A stretch of DNA of 63,750 nt, filler included, from Octopus bimaculoides (Eukaryota): the NCBI RefSeq assembly GCF_001194135.2. It is 8 parts of 7 records of this genome, joined end to end, with 100 filler letters (N's around TTAATTAATTAA, not from the genome) between each part and the next. Parts side by side here need not be neighbours in the genome. Positions count along the whole stretch, not along the records: positions 1 to 18,323 come from NC_068985.1; 7 more parts are not named here. One strand, 5' to 3'. A program made the translations under genes and the position numbers. Positions within the stretch are counted from its first letter, which is position 1. Each line of letters starts with the position of its first letter. The notes below the pieces were generated by a model. That model saw only the letters and a program-made list of their open reading frames with translations, had not been told where the DNA came from and made no database searches. Below are positions 1-14,050 of the stretch, piece by piece.

Positions 1-66
<66 letters not shown>

Positions 67-70
<4 letters not shown>

Positions 71-452
71 GCTTGTTTCAGTCATTAGACAGCGGCTATG
101 CTGGGGCACCGCCTTAAAAGATTTTAGTCGAATGAATCGACCCCGCTCTCCTCACCCCCAGGACCTTTTTTCTTTAAAGCCTGGTATTTATTTAATCGGT
201 TTCTTTTGCCGAACCGCTAAGTTACGGAGACGTAAACACACCAATACCAGTTGTAAAGCTGTGATGGGGGACAAACACAAGCACAAAGAAACACACACAA
301 ATAGTCGTCTTTCAGTTTCCATCTACCAAACCCACTGACAAGGCTTTGGTCGGTCCGCGGCTATAGTAGAAGACACTCACCCAAGGAGCCACGCAATAGG
401 ATTGAACGCAGAATTATGTGGTTGGAAACCACAAGTCACGCCTATATGTATA
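67..452 (-). mobile_element. SINE family A copy
   Basis: Colinear with 39307-39740. Confidence 0.75.
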
Positions 453-1037
453 TAATAATTGATAGCGACAGTAGCAGTATTAATATCAAAATGTAATATT
501 GATCTTCACCTAAATGTGGCGGTTGTGGTATAATCTGTGTTCTGTCACATCCTCCTGCATTATATACCTTCAGAGGATCTCTCATAATGATACGTGGTGC
601 ATAAAAGCACATGTAACTATATCGTTGACAGACGAGAATCGTCTGCTAAAGCCACTGGATCGGCCAGATAGCGTGACTTTACCCCTCCTCTCAAGGTAAA
701 CAGCCTCCAGACAGACAGAGACAGTTACGACGACGAGGGTTCTAATTGAATCGATCAATGAAACAGCTTGCTTGTGAAATTAACGTGCAAGTAGCTGAGT
801 ACTCCACTGACACGCGTGCCTCTAACGTATCTCTTAGATAGATTCAACGTGACGTAGAATGTGACAAGGCTGGCCCTTTGAAATTACAGGTACTATTCAT
901 TTTTGCCAGCTGAGCGGGATGGAGCAACACGAAAGAAAGTGTCTTGTTCAAGGACACAGCGCGCTACTGGGAATCGAACTCACGATCTTACGCTTGTGAA
1001 CCGAATACACGACCCACTAAACCACGCACCTTCAGAC

Positions 1038-1079
<42 letters not shown>

Positions 1080-1533
1080 CATATANNNNNNNNNNNNNNN
1101 NNNNNNNNNNNNNNNNNNNNNNNNNNNNNNNNNNNNNNNNNNNNNNNNNNNNNNNNNNNNNNNNNNNNNNNNNNNNNNNNNNNNNNNNNNNNNNNNNNNN
1201 NNNNNNNNNNNNNNNNNNNNNNNNNNNNNNNNNNNNNNNNNNNNNNNNNNNNNNNNNNNNNNNNNNNNNNNNNNNNNNNNNNNNNNNNNNNNNNNNNNNN
1301 NNNNNNNNNNNNNNNNNNNNNNNNNNNNNNNNNNNNNNNNNNNNNNNNNNNNNNNNNNNNNNNNNNNNNNNNNNNNNNNNNNNNNNNNNNNNNNNNNNNN
1401 NNNNNNNNNNNNNNNNNNNNNNNNNNNNNNNNNNNNNNNNNNNNNNNNNNNNNNNNNNNNNNNNNNNNNNNNNNNNNNNNNNNNNNNNNNNNNNNNNNNN
1501 NNNNNNNNNNNNNNNNNNNNNNNNNNNNNNNNN

Positions 1534-1582
<49 letters not shown>

Positions 1583-3302
1583 CAATGAAACAGAGTCATT
1601 AGGGGAGAATTATCAATCCGTGCAAAATATTTTAAAACTCTGTTAGCACACCAAGCTAATGATATTATTTAGAACTGCGCGTATTTTTGTGGTAGGGTCC
1701 GGGGTTATAGTTTATCACCATTCTATATGGTAAATCTATGCTTGTGCTCCACTTATACTGCTTTTTACACTGAGTGATATACAAGACAAAGCATAAATAA
1801 TGGTCATTACATATTTTTCTTTATTGCAGTAAGTTTGACTTACAGCTGTTTCCCGTTGTATTTATAGGTTCGTTACTGATAGGTTTACTCAATCGGTCCG
1901 TTGAAAGGTCGAGAAAAATTGATCGACCTCAAGAATTAATGCTACTTTCGTCAGATTCATTTCTGGTTATTACGTATCAATAACGAACCTTAATAACTAC
2001 TAGAAACAGTTGTAAGTCAAACTTACTACAATAAAGAAAAATATATAGTGACCATTATTTTATGCCTTATCTTATATATATNNNNNNNNNNNNNNNNNNN
2101 NNNNNNNNNNNNNNNNNNNNNNNNNNNNNNNNNNNNNNNNNNNNNNNNNNNNNNNNNNNNNNNNNNNNNNNNNNNNNNNNNNNNNNNNNNNNNNNNNNNN
2201 NNNNNNNNNNNNNNNNNNNNNNNNNNNNNNNNNNNNNNNNNNNNNNNNNNNNNNNNNNNNNNNNNNNNNNNNNNNNNNNNNNNNNNNNNNNNNNNNNNNN
2301 NNNNNNNNNNNNNNNNNNNNNNNNNNNNNNNNNNNNNNNNNNNNNNNNNNNNNNNNNNNNNNNNNNNNNNNNNNNNNNNNNNNNNNNNNNNNNNNNNNNN
2401 NNNNNNNNNNNNNNNNNNNNNNNNNNNNNNNNNNNNNNNNNNNNNNNNNNNNNNNNNNNNNNNNNNNNNNNNNNNNNNNNNNNNNNNNNTATATATATAT
2501 ATATATTCATAATTTAAGACGAACATAACACCAGAAAAAGCAAAAAGAAAAACAATTATAATTAATGTAACGCTAATTGAGGGAATGAGCGAGTGAAATG
2601 GAAATGTTGTTTAACATTTCGAGCTGAAGTTCTCCCTCAGGTTAGATATATAGAAGAAAAGTGTGAGCAAGTATGTGTACTTGACAACCGGTCTTGGTGT
2701 GTTTACGTCCCCGTAACTTAACGGTTTGACTTAGAAACCGATAAATAAGTACGAGGCTTCAAAAAATAAGTCCTGGTGTCAATTTATTCGACTAAAACCA
2801 TTCAAGGTGGTGCCCCAGAATGGCTGCAGTAATATAACTGAAACAAGTAAAAGATAAAAGATATAATGACATAGAACTCTTGTAGTGAGTATTTAAAATA
2901 ATAAAATATATGCGTTGTCATCTGCATGAAGCAACATTTAAGTGAATCGTAACTTACATAATGTAATGAGCATAAAAGGGTTTTCCGTTAATTAAAATTA
3001 CTTTTTGCAAAAGTAATTTACAGGTGCAAAGATATAGCAATTATTGGAAACAGCAAGTACTGGAAAATGATATATTCTTTGTTAGGTAGGTCTAATATGA
3101 CCACGACATTTCTGAATTTAGTCACAATGCTTGTCAGCTAACAGATTAAGTTAGTATTAGCCCCCACGCGGTATTCATTTCCACATTAAATTCTTAATTT
3201 GATCTTTAATTAAATAAAATTCCAGAAGTGTCACCCTTTGCCCTAACCTGATCTGATCAACATTTAGACACTGAGTTTTTATTGCCCCTCCCTCACTACA
3301 AA

Positions 3303-3406
3303 AGTAATTTGCAGTAATTGAACATTCCAGTAATTTGAAGTAATTGAACATTTCAGTAATTTGAAGTAATTGAACATTTCAGTAATTTGAAGTAATTGAA
3401 CATTTC
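3303..3406. repeat. 26-bp minisatellite, 4 units
   Basis: Unit agtaatttgaagtaattgaacatttc. Confidence 0.9.
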
Positions 3407-5801
3407 ATTATATGAAATATGTTGGGGGCCAACTTGCTAACAGAATTGTTAGCACGCCGGACAAAATGCTTAGCTGCGTTACTTCCGACTTTACGTTCTG
3501 AATTCAAATGCCACCGCGGTTGACTTTGCTTTTCATCCTTTCGAGGTCGATAAAATAAGTTGATGTAATCGACTTGCCCACTCCCACTAAATATACTGGT
3601 CTTGTGCCAAAATTTGAGACTGTTATTATTAAGTTGCCTGACAGCTACTTTCATTGTTTTCATACAGTTGTTGCCAATTCATAGTCAACCATGCAGAAGA
3701 AAAATTATACGCTTACAGATAACAGTGAATCCTGTGTCGAAGTGTAGCAAATGTCACAGAAACCAAAATATACATAAGAGCGCAATCTTCAATGTGCTTC
3801 GAAGAAAGGGATAGAAATAAAGAGGTACAGACTTTATGATGTGAAAAAGAAATGACAAAACAAAGAATTAATGGAAGAAAGAATCAAGAAAAGTCATAGA
3901 AAACAAACAAACAAAGCGATTTGGCGAAAGGAAAGATATCAACGAGATAAATAACATAAAAAAGGGAAGGAATGACCTGTAGAAAGATTATAATGACAGT
4001 TACTAATATAACCAAGAGACCTGCAGTTTAAGAAGAGGAATACTTTAATCTATCAATAGTGGTAAGTTAAAGCAAAGTTGACTCAGTCTGGATTTGAACG
4101 CAGAGTGTAAGAGCCGCAAGAAACATCGTAAAACATTTACTTTTTCCAGCGTTTTAAATATTCTGCCTTCTACCTATCCAGCATTCTTACAAAGTTCGTA
4201 ATTATAGTTTCTGATTTAAATACAGGTTCATTTGTTTTGAAGGGATTATTTTTTCGTTTTTTCGTTGATAACATCGATTCTAACACTTGACTTTATATTC
4301 TTTAAACTTGGAAAGAATAGAAAGCTAAGTTGACCTTAGCGGGATTTGAACTCAGAATCTAAGTTAGAATAAATACCGCAAATCATTTTCCAAAGCACTT
4401 ACAATTCTACCAATACAACTCCCTTAGAAAGATTTAAGCAGTCCTTTATACTATAGACACAATACCTAAAACTTGGTTGGCGGAGTGATTACATCGACCG
4501 AAGTACACAATTTATTTTACCGACTCTGAAAGGACTAAAGGCAAAGTCGACCTTGGTGGAATATCAGAAACATTATAACAATGAAACAAAGAGATGCTAA
4601 GAAAAAGGGAACGAAGGAATGAAGGAAGAAATAATTGAATTGAAGAAGTGAGTGAAGATAGATAGATAGATAGATAGATAGAAGAAAGAGAATGAATGAC
4701 AAAATACAAAGAAGTGGAGGAAAGAAGGGAGGGAGGGAGAAAGGAAGGAAGGAAAGCAGCAAAATAAATTTTTAAGAGGATTAAAGAAGGTGAAAACAAA
4801 GAAAATAATTAAAACTAGAAAAAGCATACATGAACGTGTATTAAAATGTTGCAGTAATCAGATGTTAGTGGAAACACTGTTTATTGTAACGTTTAACATT
4901 TTTTTCTGTTTTATTGACTCAATTAATCAGACTGTAGACATTGTTGGCGTTTTATTGAGTACATTAATCATACTGTAGTAGACAATATCGGGGCCAACTT
5001 TTGCTGAGGTTTGATGGCACCAAGCTACATGTAGATTTAAATACGCTAAGATCTCACATATATGACTCATTGAAGTGAAAAACTTTATTCAATTGAAATT
5101 ATCCATATCATTAGTAGACGGAAACTCCTTCCCCCCAACTGCTCCAAATTTAAAAAGAACAAGCAAGGTGGAAAACTCTGAAATGATGAACTAATAAAAA
5201 AAATTGTGGAGTTATGCAGACAATGCAAACTGGAGGGAATCTTGTATAAAATGTCATGCAGCAGAATCAAGATATCTACGGTGAAACTTTCCATATTACA
5301 TATTTTTGAAAATCAAAAACGTAAACTGTTGAATCAACTAAATGATTGTGTAGTTTGTGTTTAAAAGAAATCGTGGGCTCTCTTTTACGAGTAATTCTTT
5401 ACTTGCTAGTATTTAAGTATGTTCTGTTGTGCTAAATCTATAATATTTTTCATATCCCGTCTATGGAGGAGCTTTTGCAAAGATGCAATTTTGTAGTCTG
5501 AAACCAATAGTGTTAGATTTTAGACCCCATATATATTCCGCTAGCGAGGTTACTTTACATAATCTGTTATTAAAAATACGTCGATGTGCAGTGTATTGGT
5601 GTCTAAATACAGCTTATGTAGAACTTATGGCTATGCAGTGTTTCTACAATACATGTACATTCCTTTATAGGCATCCACCTTGAAAAGGAAAGTTAGTGGT
5701 CAATCTACAGTGTGTGTGTGTGTGTGTGTGTGTGATTATATATATATATTTATACACACACACATACGTATGTATATATGCACGTGTGTGTGTAATATTG
5801 T

Positions 5802-5843
<42 letters not shown>

Positions 5844-7105
5844 TTATATGTCTACGTTTAATGTTGAACAGAGAACATATAGACGTTGCCAAAGTTTTGA
5901 TGAATACCAAAGAAATGCATCTAACAAAATGAAACAATAAAACTATTCATCAGAAAATGACCTTACATCTTTATTCATAGGCGTTCCAGTAACATCCTAA
6001 CTCCTGTCTTCCTCCCCTTGTTCTATTGTATGTTGATTCCCCACTTTTCAGACGCCAATATAAGGTGGTTCTCCAACCTAATCTTGAATAGTCTCTGGCC
6101 ATCTCCGCACTGGTGAACTTTCTCATCAATCCAATGATGTTACGTATAAATGTTACACGTCTCTGACGCTTTGATAATGAGTCTGGATAATATAATTTGC
6201 ATTACTAAGCGTACGAAAGTGTAATGAGTTATCAGACATAGATTTCATAACAAGATATACAATTACAATACACAAACGGAAACACATATGGAGTTCAAAA
6301 TACTGGTTGTTTGTCATGCAGTTTAAGGTTTAAATCGCAAGTCCTTTATAAAAGTCCTAGACATAAAGTGTGTGTGTGTGTGCGTGGGGGGTGTAAGATC
6401 CAAGGATCGAGGTGTAGGAAGGTAAGCTTCAAGCAAACCGTAGAAAAAATTTTTAAAAAACACCTTTCAGGAACAATAGTGGTTTATTGAAGCGGAAGGT
6501 TGTGGATTTTTTTCCGTATCGAAGAAGACTAAGCTGAAAAACATTATTTTATATTTCTCGGTAGGCAGGCTGGGTTGCCAGGTATGCGAAAAAAGAACAG
6601 GAGTTAGGAATGGAGAAGATAATATCCGGGCTACTTATGTTTCAAAGCGACCAGAACCTCGAAAAAGGTAAATACCTAAGCGAGGTGTATACCACAGACA
6701 ACTCTTCAGGCCAAGGGTATCTTGATTAAAGGAAGTTTACATTGTCGTAAGGAGGTACATGTCAACACACAGAAAATTCGATCAGAATATGTACATACAT
6801 ACATACATACATACATACATACATACATACATACACTGTAACTGTAAAAATCTGTAAAACTTTCTAGGAGTTTATCATTTAAATATATATGAGCATGTCT
6901 AGATATGCAACTATATGCATGATAATGCATACATAGAACATACAAATCTGCACATACATACATACATACAGACAGACAGACATACATACCTTGTTGTTGA
7001 TGTTGAAATTCCCATGAAGAAGGTTAGATCCAATAGATCTAGGTTAGAAACCGGTTCTTTCTCTATTGGCAAGAAATCTTGAAATAAGCTGAATAATGAC
7101 ATACA

Positions 7106-7137
<32 letters not shown>

Positions 7138-7477
7138 GAGAGAAAGGGAGGAAAAGAGAGAGAGTTACTCGTGTTACGCTAAGAAACAGTGCACAGTACC
7201 AGAATTTTAGACTCGAGTCAAATATAACAAACTACTCCAAATCGTTGTTAGAGTATCCATATAAGAGAGGTCTGAACCCCATTCTTTGTACAGGCATCAA
7301 GTCGTATAAATTGTAATAATGAAGTCAAACGTAAGACTGACATTTTGAAATCATTTAATACGTACGTTTCGGGTCTGCATAATATATAATAGGAAATTCA
7401 TCAATTACGTAAAACCTTCCTGAATTAAAACATTTCAAAATATGAAGACGTTGATGGAAACGTTTCAACATATAAGG

Positions 7478-7690
7478 TCGGAGCTGGCAGAAACCTTAGC
7501 ACGCCAGGCAAAATGCTTAGCGGTATTTCGTCTGTCTTTACGTTCTGGGTTCAAATTCTGCCGAGGTCGACTTTGCTTTTCATCCTTTCGAGGTCAATAA
7601 ATTAAGTACCAGTTGCGTACTGGGGTTGATCTAATCGACTGGCGCCCTCTCCAAAAATTTCTGGCCTTCTGCCTAGAGTAGAAAAGAATA
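7478..7690 (+). mobile_element. tRNA-derived SINE family B
   Basis: gagctggcagaaaccttagcacgcc...ggttcaaattctgccgaggtcgactttgc...aagtaccagttg. Related copies at ~3426-3635, 36575-37010 and 44545-44890, and on minus at ~4300-4560, 17270-17400 and 31790-31990. Confidence 0.8.
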
Positions 7691-8329
7691 TATTACGTCA
7701 GAGCAGTAAGTTAGTGACTACTTTCCCCTTTCATCCTTCTTTCTCATCTTCTGTATGCATATTCATTTCCTTAACTTTGAGGACGAATATGTATATAGAG
7801 CTCTGTATGCTCTAAATGTGTATAAAGAGCTCTGGCCGTATATATTGAAATATTTCCCTCGACTGCTTCATATTTTGAGATGCATTAACGGAGGAAGATC
7901 TCACATAATGGATGCATTACACAAACCTGAAACGTACGTAGTAAATAATTTCAAAATATCGCTATTTTGTTTGATTTCATTTTTACAATATATATCAATT
8001 GGTGTATGTATGCATGAATGCATGTACGTATGCATGAATGCATGCATGTATGTATGTATGTATGTATGTGTGTATGTATGTATGTATGTATGTATGTATG
8101 TATGTATGTATGTATGTATGTATAATTCGATTAACCAATTTGTAGTAAAGTAATATACCGGCAAAAAATTTAAGATGGATAAAATCACCACAAATCTTCA
8201 TTAGTATAACGACGTTCCTGATAATTTCACATCCTTCCTCTCATCTTTTAAGTATTAATCTGTCTGTTCATAATGCAGAAGCAGACATGTCGGAGTATTA
8301 ATATTAGTTTACCGTAAACCATTAATTGA

Positions 8330-9530
8330 ACATAAATGATTTATGAAGATGACAACCAATAACAAAATAGTGCGTTGATTTTCACTCTAGAAATGAAAGT
8401 GTGAAAATGAAAGTGGAAGATGTGAAAAAACATAAAGAAAACAAAGTTTATAAATACATGAAATTTTAAGAATTACAAAAAGGGTGAACCTGAAAATATC
8501 TAGGACTAAAAGACCGAGTTGGAACACAGCATTCGATGAAGAAAAAGTCAGACAAGAAAATATAGAAGCGTTAGAAAAGTACTCAGCACAAAACGAAATT
8601 TTATGAACAAAGTAATATACATTAATAATTGTAACTATAAGCTACCTCTTTAATGCTATCGACTAGAAGATGGACTTGTTAATGAAATTAGATTGAAAAC
8701 ACGAAAATTAATAACAGCGTTTAGAAAACACCACCCAGAAGTAGACACTGACAGGTGATATTTAGCACGAACACAACGTGGAAGGGGACTCCTGCAATTG
8801 GAAAATTGCTATCAGATAATTACTATAGATTTACATAAATACACAGGAGAAAATAGTAGCAGATCAATGCAAATAGTTAAGTACCATCATAAGAAACATA
8901 AGTGTCTATTTCCAAGGAGCCTGACAAATATAACAAAGAGACTAGATAAAGCAGGTGCGAAAAGAGGGTGGGCTGGATGCGGTGCGAAAAGTGAGAAAAT
9001 CCTTCCAAGAAAGAATATAGCTAAAGAAAAAAAATAGTTTAAACTAATGAGTAAAAGTGTGCTAATTATCTGCTGGAAAACTTCTACGTAGTGAGTAAAT
9101 AATCAAAACTAAAAACAAACAACAAGCTTAACCGACACGAATCATGTTTGGGAGTTGTGACTGTCTATTTCTTAGTATGATCATAAATTCAGGGTTAACA
9201 TACCAAATATTACATTTTAAAAAAATGACAATTGATAAATGTAATGAATGTAGATTACAGAGAAATATATTGATTAATATAATCAGTTATATCAAAACAG
9301 GTTCAACACACTTTGTAGCTACATCTGTTGGAACATGTGACAGAATTACAACATTGCTATGGAAAGCAAATGGTATAAGGCCTTTACAAATGAAAATGAT
9401 AAAGCTACAGACGACCAAACTACAACAGCATAGAAGTAAAGGCAAACCCGCCGACTTTTGTCAACGGCTTCGAAAACAAAACACGCCTAGTTTGTAAACG
9501 AGGAAGTAAAAACACCAAGGATATTAGTTA
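8330..9530 (+). mobile_element. Degenerate R4/Dong 3' fragment
   Basis: Broken frames read KTRKLITAFRKHHPEVDTDR*YLARTQRGRGLLQLENC, typical of the post-RT region, followed by decayed zinc-knuckle and endonuclease-like sequence. Confidence 0.65.
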
Positions 9531-10528
9531 AAGTCTGCGTTGACAAAAATTACTTAAAAGAAATGGAAAATAGAAACTGGAATAGGGTCCAGTGGATGAA
9601 GTAAACCATTCTAACGTTTCAAGAAACCTCCTTCGTCGGAGTAGTGAAAATTCTACTGGAAATATGGCTAAAAGAATTTTTAAATTGGTGAGAGGATTGA
9701 ATGGGAATGGGGAGTGGTGGGAGTTACACTGTAGAGTAACGAAAAGAAAAAGATAGAGAAATAATTAGGAAAAGTAATGAGCTAAAAGAATTGAAATTAT
9801 ATAAGTTAGAATTTTTCTCGAGGAAAAATTGCATAACATATGAGTGTGAAACAATATGAAAAAATAAATCACCTCATAATAGTTTTGGTAATTAGCGCTC
9901 AAACAAAATTAATACACCATTAAATTCTAAAGAACTTTTTCTGTGGTAGTTAAAGGCTTTTACTTCATTTTGCAGCATACAAAAAGCAAATCAATTTTTT
10001 TTTTTTTTTTTTTTTTTTTGCTTGATGAGGTCAAACAAAAATTAATGGAAGACTGAAAGTGTAATTAACAGACGATATATTCAGTAATGTGGAACGGACA
10101 ACTCCAAGGACAGTCTCCAGAGATGTAACATAATTAAATATAATATATAACATAGGTACATGATCACAGAGTTTGACTAAGCGGCCCATAACCAATTTAA
10201 TCAACTCCAGAGGAATGGAAAGAGGGGTAGATATCAATTGGATTAGAGCTGGTTTGCCTATTTCTTTCTACGCCATCTATTTGCTACATTATCTGGAGAA
10301 CCTTCTCCAAACATTCTCTCTACTTCATCATCTTACAGCCCAGTATGTACTTTATACTCTTTAGCCCTATTTTCAGCCTTCAGCAGCACATTCCATCAGA
10401 ATAAATCCTTTATTAATAAAATACAAATGGACAACAAACATTTCTTAATACTCAGAGTGAAGCACGCCGGAACGAATGACGCGAGAAAGTCTAACCTCTG
10501 CAGTAACGGCTCAACCAAATCGTCGCCT

Positions 10529-10548
10529 TAATAATAATAATAGGAATG

Positions 10549-10614
<66 letters not shown>

Positions 10615-10620
10615 GTAATG

Positions 10621-10690
<70 letters not shown>

Positions 10691-10749
10691 TAATAATAAT
10701 AATAATGATAATAATAATAATAATAATAATGATAATAATAATAATAATG

Positions 10750-10816
<67 letters not shown>

Positions 10817-11885
10817 TAATAATAATGATAATAATAATAATGATAATAATAATAATANNNNNNNNNNNNNNNNNNNNNNNNNNNNNNNNNNNNNNNNNNN
10901 NNNNNNNNNNNNNNNNNNNNNNNNNNNNNNNNNNNNNNNNNNNNNNNNNNNNNNNNNNNNNNNNNNNNNNNNNNNNNNNNNNNNNNNNNNNNNNNNNNNN
11001 NNNNNNNNNNNNNNNNNNNNNNNNNNNNNNNNNNNNNNNNNNNNNNNNNNNNNNNNNNNNNNNNNNNNNNNNNNNNNNNNNNNNNNNNNNNNNNNNNNNN
11101 NNNNNNNNNNNNNNNNNNNNNNNNNNNNNNNNNNNNNNNNNNNNNNNNNNNNNNNNNNNNNNNNNNNNNNNNNNNNNNNNNNNNNNNNNNNNNNNNNNNN
11201 NNNNNNNNNNNNNNNNNNNNNNNNNNNNNNNNNNNNNNNNNNNNNNNNNNNNNNNNNNNNNNNNNNNNNNNNNNNNNNNNNNNNNNNNNNNNNNNNNNNN
11301 NNNNNNNNNNNNNNNNNNNNNNNNNNNNNNNNNNNNNNNNNNNNNNNNNNNNNNNNNNNNNNNNNNNNNNNNNNNNNNNNNNNNNNNNNNNNNNNNNNNN
11401 NNNNNNNNNNNNNNNNNNNNNNNNNNNNNNNNNNNNNNNNNNNNNNNNNNNNNNNNNNNNNNNNNNNNNNNNNNNNNNNNNNNNNNNNNNNNNNNNNNNN
11501 NNNNNNNNNNNNNNNNNNNNNNNNNNNNNNNNNNNNNNNNNNNNNNNNNNNNNNNNNNNNNNNNNNNNNNNNNNNNNNNNNNNNNNNNNNNNNNNNNNNN
11601 NNNNNNNNNNNNNNNNNNNNNNNNNNNNNNNNNNNNNNNNNNNNNNNNNNNNNNNNNNNNNNNNNGGAGAAGAAAGAGGAGCAGGAGAAGAAGAAGAAGA
11701 AGAAGAAGAAGAAGAAGAAGACGACGACGAAGAAGAAGAAAAAGAAGGAGAAAAAGAAGAAGAAGAAGAAGAAGAAGAAGAAGAAGAAGAAGAAGAAGAA
11801 GAAGAAGGAGAAGGAGAAGAAGAAGAAGAAGGAGAAGGAGAAGAAGAAGAAGAAGAAGAAGAAGAAGAAGAAGAAGAAGAAGACG
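10529..11885. repeat. Long (TAA/TGA)n and (GAA)n microsatellites either side of an assembly gap
   Basis: Directly visible. Many other (TA)n, (CA)n, (TACA)n, (GATA)n and (TAA)n tracts occur throughout the window. Confidence 0.95.
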
Positions 11886-14050
11886 GGTGGAATCTCCTCA
11901 TGGGATGATTAACGATACATCTAGTAATGGTGTCACAATTAAAACACTGGTAATTGCGCAACCTGATAACCGCTACCTCATACCAATGACAATGAAATAA
12001 CAAAATATTGTGAATAACAGTGGTAATGAATCTGAAGCCATTGATGGTGACAGTGTTGCACCTCGCAGGCTCAGAGATTCTGGTCCGGCTCCAGCCTGTC
12101 GATATCCAGAAAGTGACCACCATACACAGCGTAGATGGAGCAAGCAAATTAATGCTGTGGTCATAGAGTGTTACTACCTGAGCAACCCTGTAGATGAAAA
12201 TGATGCTCAAATTAGGGGTTACAGACAACGTATGTATGATCATTGGAGAGAAAAGATTGTTTCAACTCACGGAACAGAGATTATGTGATCAAGCTAGGGC
12301 AATAAGAAATAATCGTTGGTTCACAGAAGTAGAGCTCGAAGCTATCAAAAAACGGGTATTGGAAAATAGCAGCAGAGATAACGATGAAAATACAGTTCTT
12401 ACTAATAGAAGTAATCTCATNNNNNNNNNNNNNNNNNNNNNNNNNNNNNNNNNNNNNNNNNNNNNNNNNNNNNNNNNNNNNNNNNNNNNNNNNNNNNNNN
12501 NNNNNNNNNNNNNNNNNNNNNNNNNNNNNNNNNNNNNNNNNNNNNNNNNNNNNNNNNNNNNNNNNNNNNNNNNNNNNNNNNNNNNNNNNNNNNNNNNNNN
12601 NNNNNNNNNNNNNNNNNNNNNNNNNNNNNNNNNNNNNNNNNNNNNNNNNNNNNNNNNNNNNNNNNNNNNNNNNNNNNNNNNNNNNNNNNNNNNNNNNNNN
12701 NNNNNNNNNNNNNNNNNNNNNNNNNNNNNNNNNNNNNNNNNNNNNNNNNNNNNNNNNNNNNNNNNNNNNNNNNNNNNNNNNNNNNNNNNNNNNNNNNNNN
12801 NNNNNNNNNNNNNNNNNNNNNNNNNNNNNNNNNNNNNNNNNNNNNNNNNNNNNNNNNNNNNNNNNNNNNNNNNNNNNNNNNNNNNNNNNNNNNNNNNNNN
12901 NNNNNNNNNNNNNNNNNNNNNNNNNNNNNNNNNNNNNNNNNNNNNNNNNNNNNNNNNNNNNNNNNNNNNNNNNNNNNNNNNNNNNNNNNNNNNNNNNNNN
13001 NNNNNNNNNNNNNNNNNNNNNNNNNNNNNNNNNNNNNNNNNNNNNNNNNNNNNNNNNNNNNNNNNNNNNNNNNNNNNNNNNNNNNNNNNNNNNNNNNNNN
13101 NNNNNNNNNNNNNNNNNNNNNNNNNNNNNNNNNNNNNNNNNNNNNNNNNNNNNNNNNNNNNNNNNNNNNNNNNNNNNNNNNNNNNNNNNNNNNNNNNNNN
13201 NNNNNNNNNNNNNNNNNNNNNCTGAAGCAGCGCCTCGTTGCAAAGAAAGCAAAGATGATAAGATATAACCAAAGAATGAAGGGATACCACCAGAATAGGT
13301 TATTCAGAGTAGATCAGAAGAGATTCTATAAAGAAATAAATGGAGAGTGTACAGATGAAAAGTTGATACCAGATAACAATGAAAGTCAAAGGTTTGGGAG
13401 TGACATCTGGAGCAAAGACAAGGAGCACAAGAAGGATGCTGAATGGTTGCAAGAACTGAAACAAACAGTAGTCTGTCCAAAACAGGCAGAACTAATCATT
13501 TCAGTTAGGGGAGTGAAGGAAATCAGCAAAAAAATGGGCAGCTGGAAGACGCTGGGACCAGATGGAGTTCAAGGCGACTGGATCAAAAGATTTGGTGAAT
13601 GCCGTGCACGAATAGCTGCGCAACTCAACACCTTGTTAAATGCCGACCAAGTAACACCAGAATGGTTGACATTGGGTAGGACAGTGCTATGCTTGAAAAA
13701 CATCGAAAAGGGCAACACGGAAGACAATTACAGGCCGATATCCTGTTTGCCACTTATGTGGAAATTATTGACTGGAATACTCGCAGAGTCAATGTACGAA
13801 CATCTGGAAAAAAATGGAGTCCTGCTACAAGAGCAGAAAGTTTGCAAGCGTAAGTGCAGTGGTACCAAGGATCAACTCCTGATAGACAAAACTGTACTCA
13901 GAGACTGCAAGAGGGGGAAAAGTAAGTTAGCCATGTCATGGATCGACTATCGTAAGGCGTATGATATGATGCCACATTCCTGGATTATGAAATGTATGAA
14001 CCAATTTGGTATTGCATCAAATGTTGAGCGATTGCTTGGAAAAAATTATG
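11886..14050 (+). mobile_element. R4/Dong-clade non-LTR retrotransposon, 5' part (N-terminal region and first RT motifs), gap-interrupted and 3'-truncated
   Basis: N-terminal RRWSKQINAVVIECYYLSNP...GYRQRM...TEQRLCDQARAIR, then RT motifs GPDGVQG, NYRPISCL, GTKDQLLID and WIDYRKAYDMMPHSWI (ORF 13255-14061). It starts right after a (GAA)n tract. Confidence 0.85.

Noticed and set aside
903-2526. Long ORFs composed of X, IY, TH or CV runs (also at 10476-13290, 28538-29275, 41536-42270, 50815-51649, 54937-55732, 60798-61405)
   Set aside because: They are read-through of N gaps and di-, tri- or tetranucleotide microsatellites.
3303-3406. CRISPR-like array (also 18424-18550, 20493-20682, 40897-41038)
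   Set aside because: These are head-to-tail tandem units without unique spacers in a eukaryotic context, i.e. minisatellites.
6500-6700. Further possible hammerhead relics (also near 7440 and 43130)
   Set aside because: The core and stems are too degraded to distinguish from chance.
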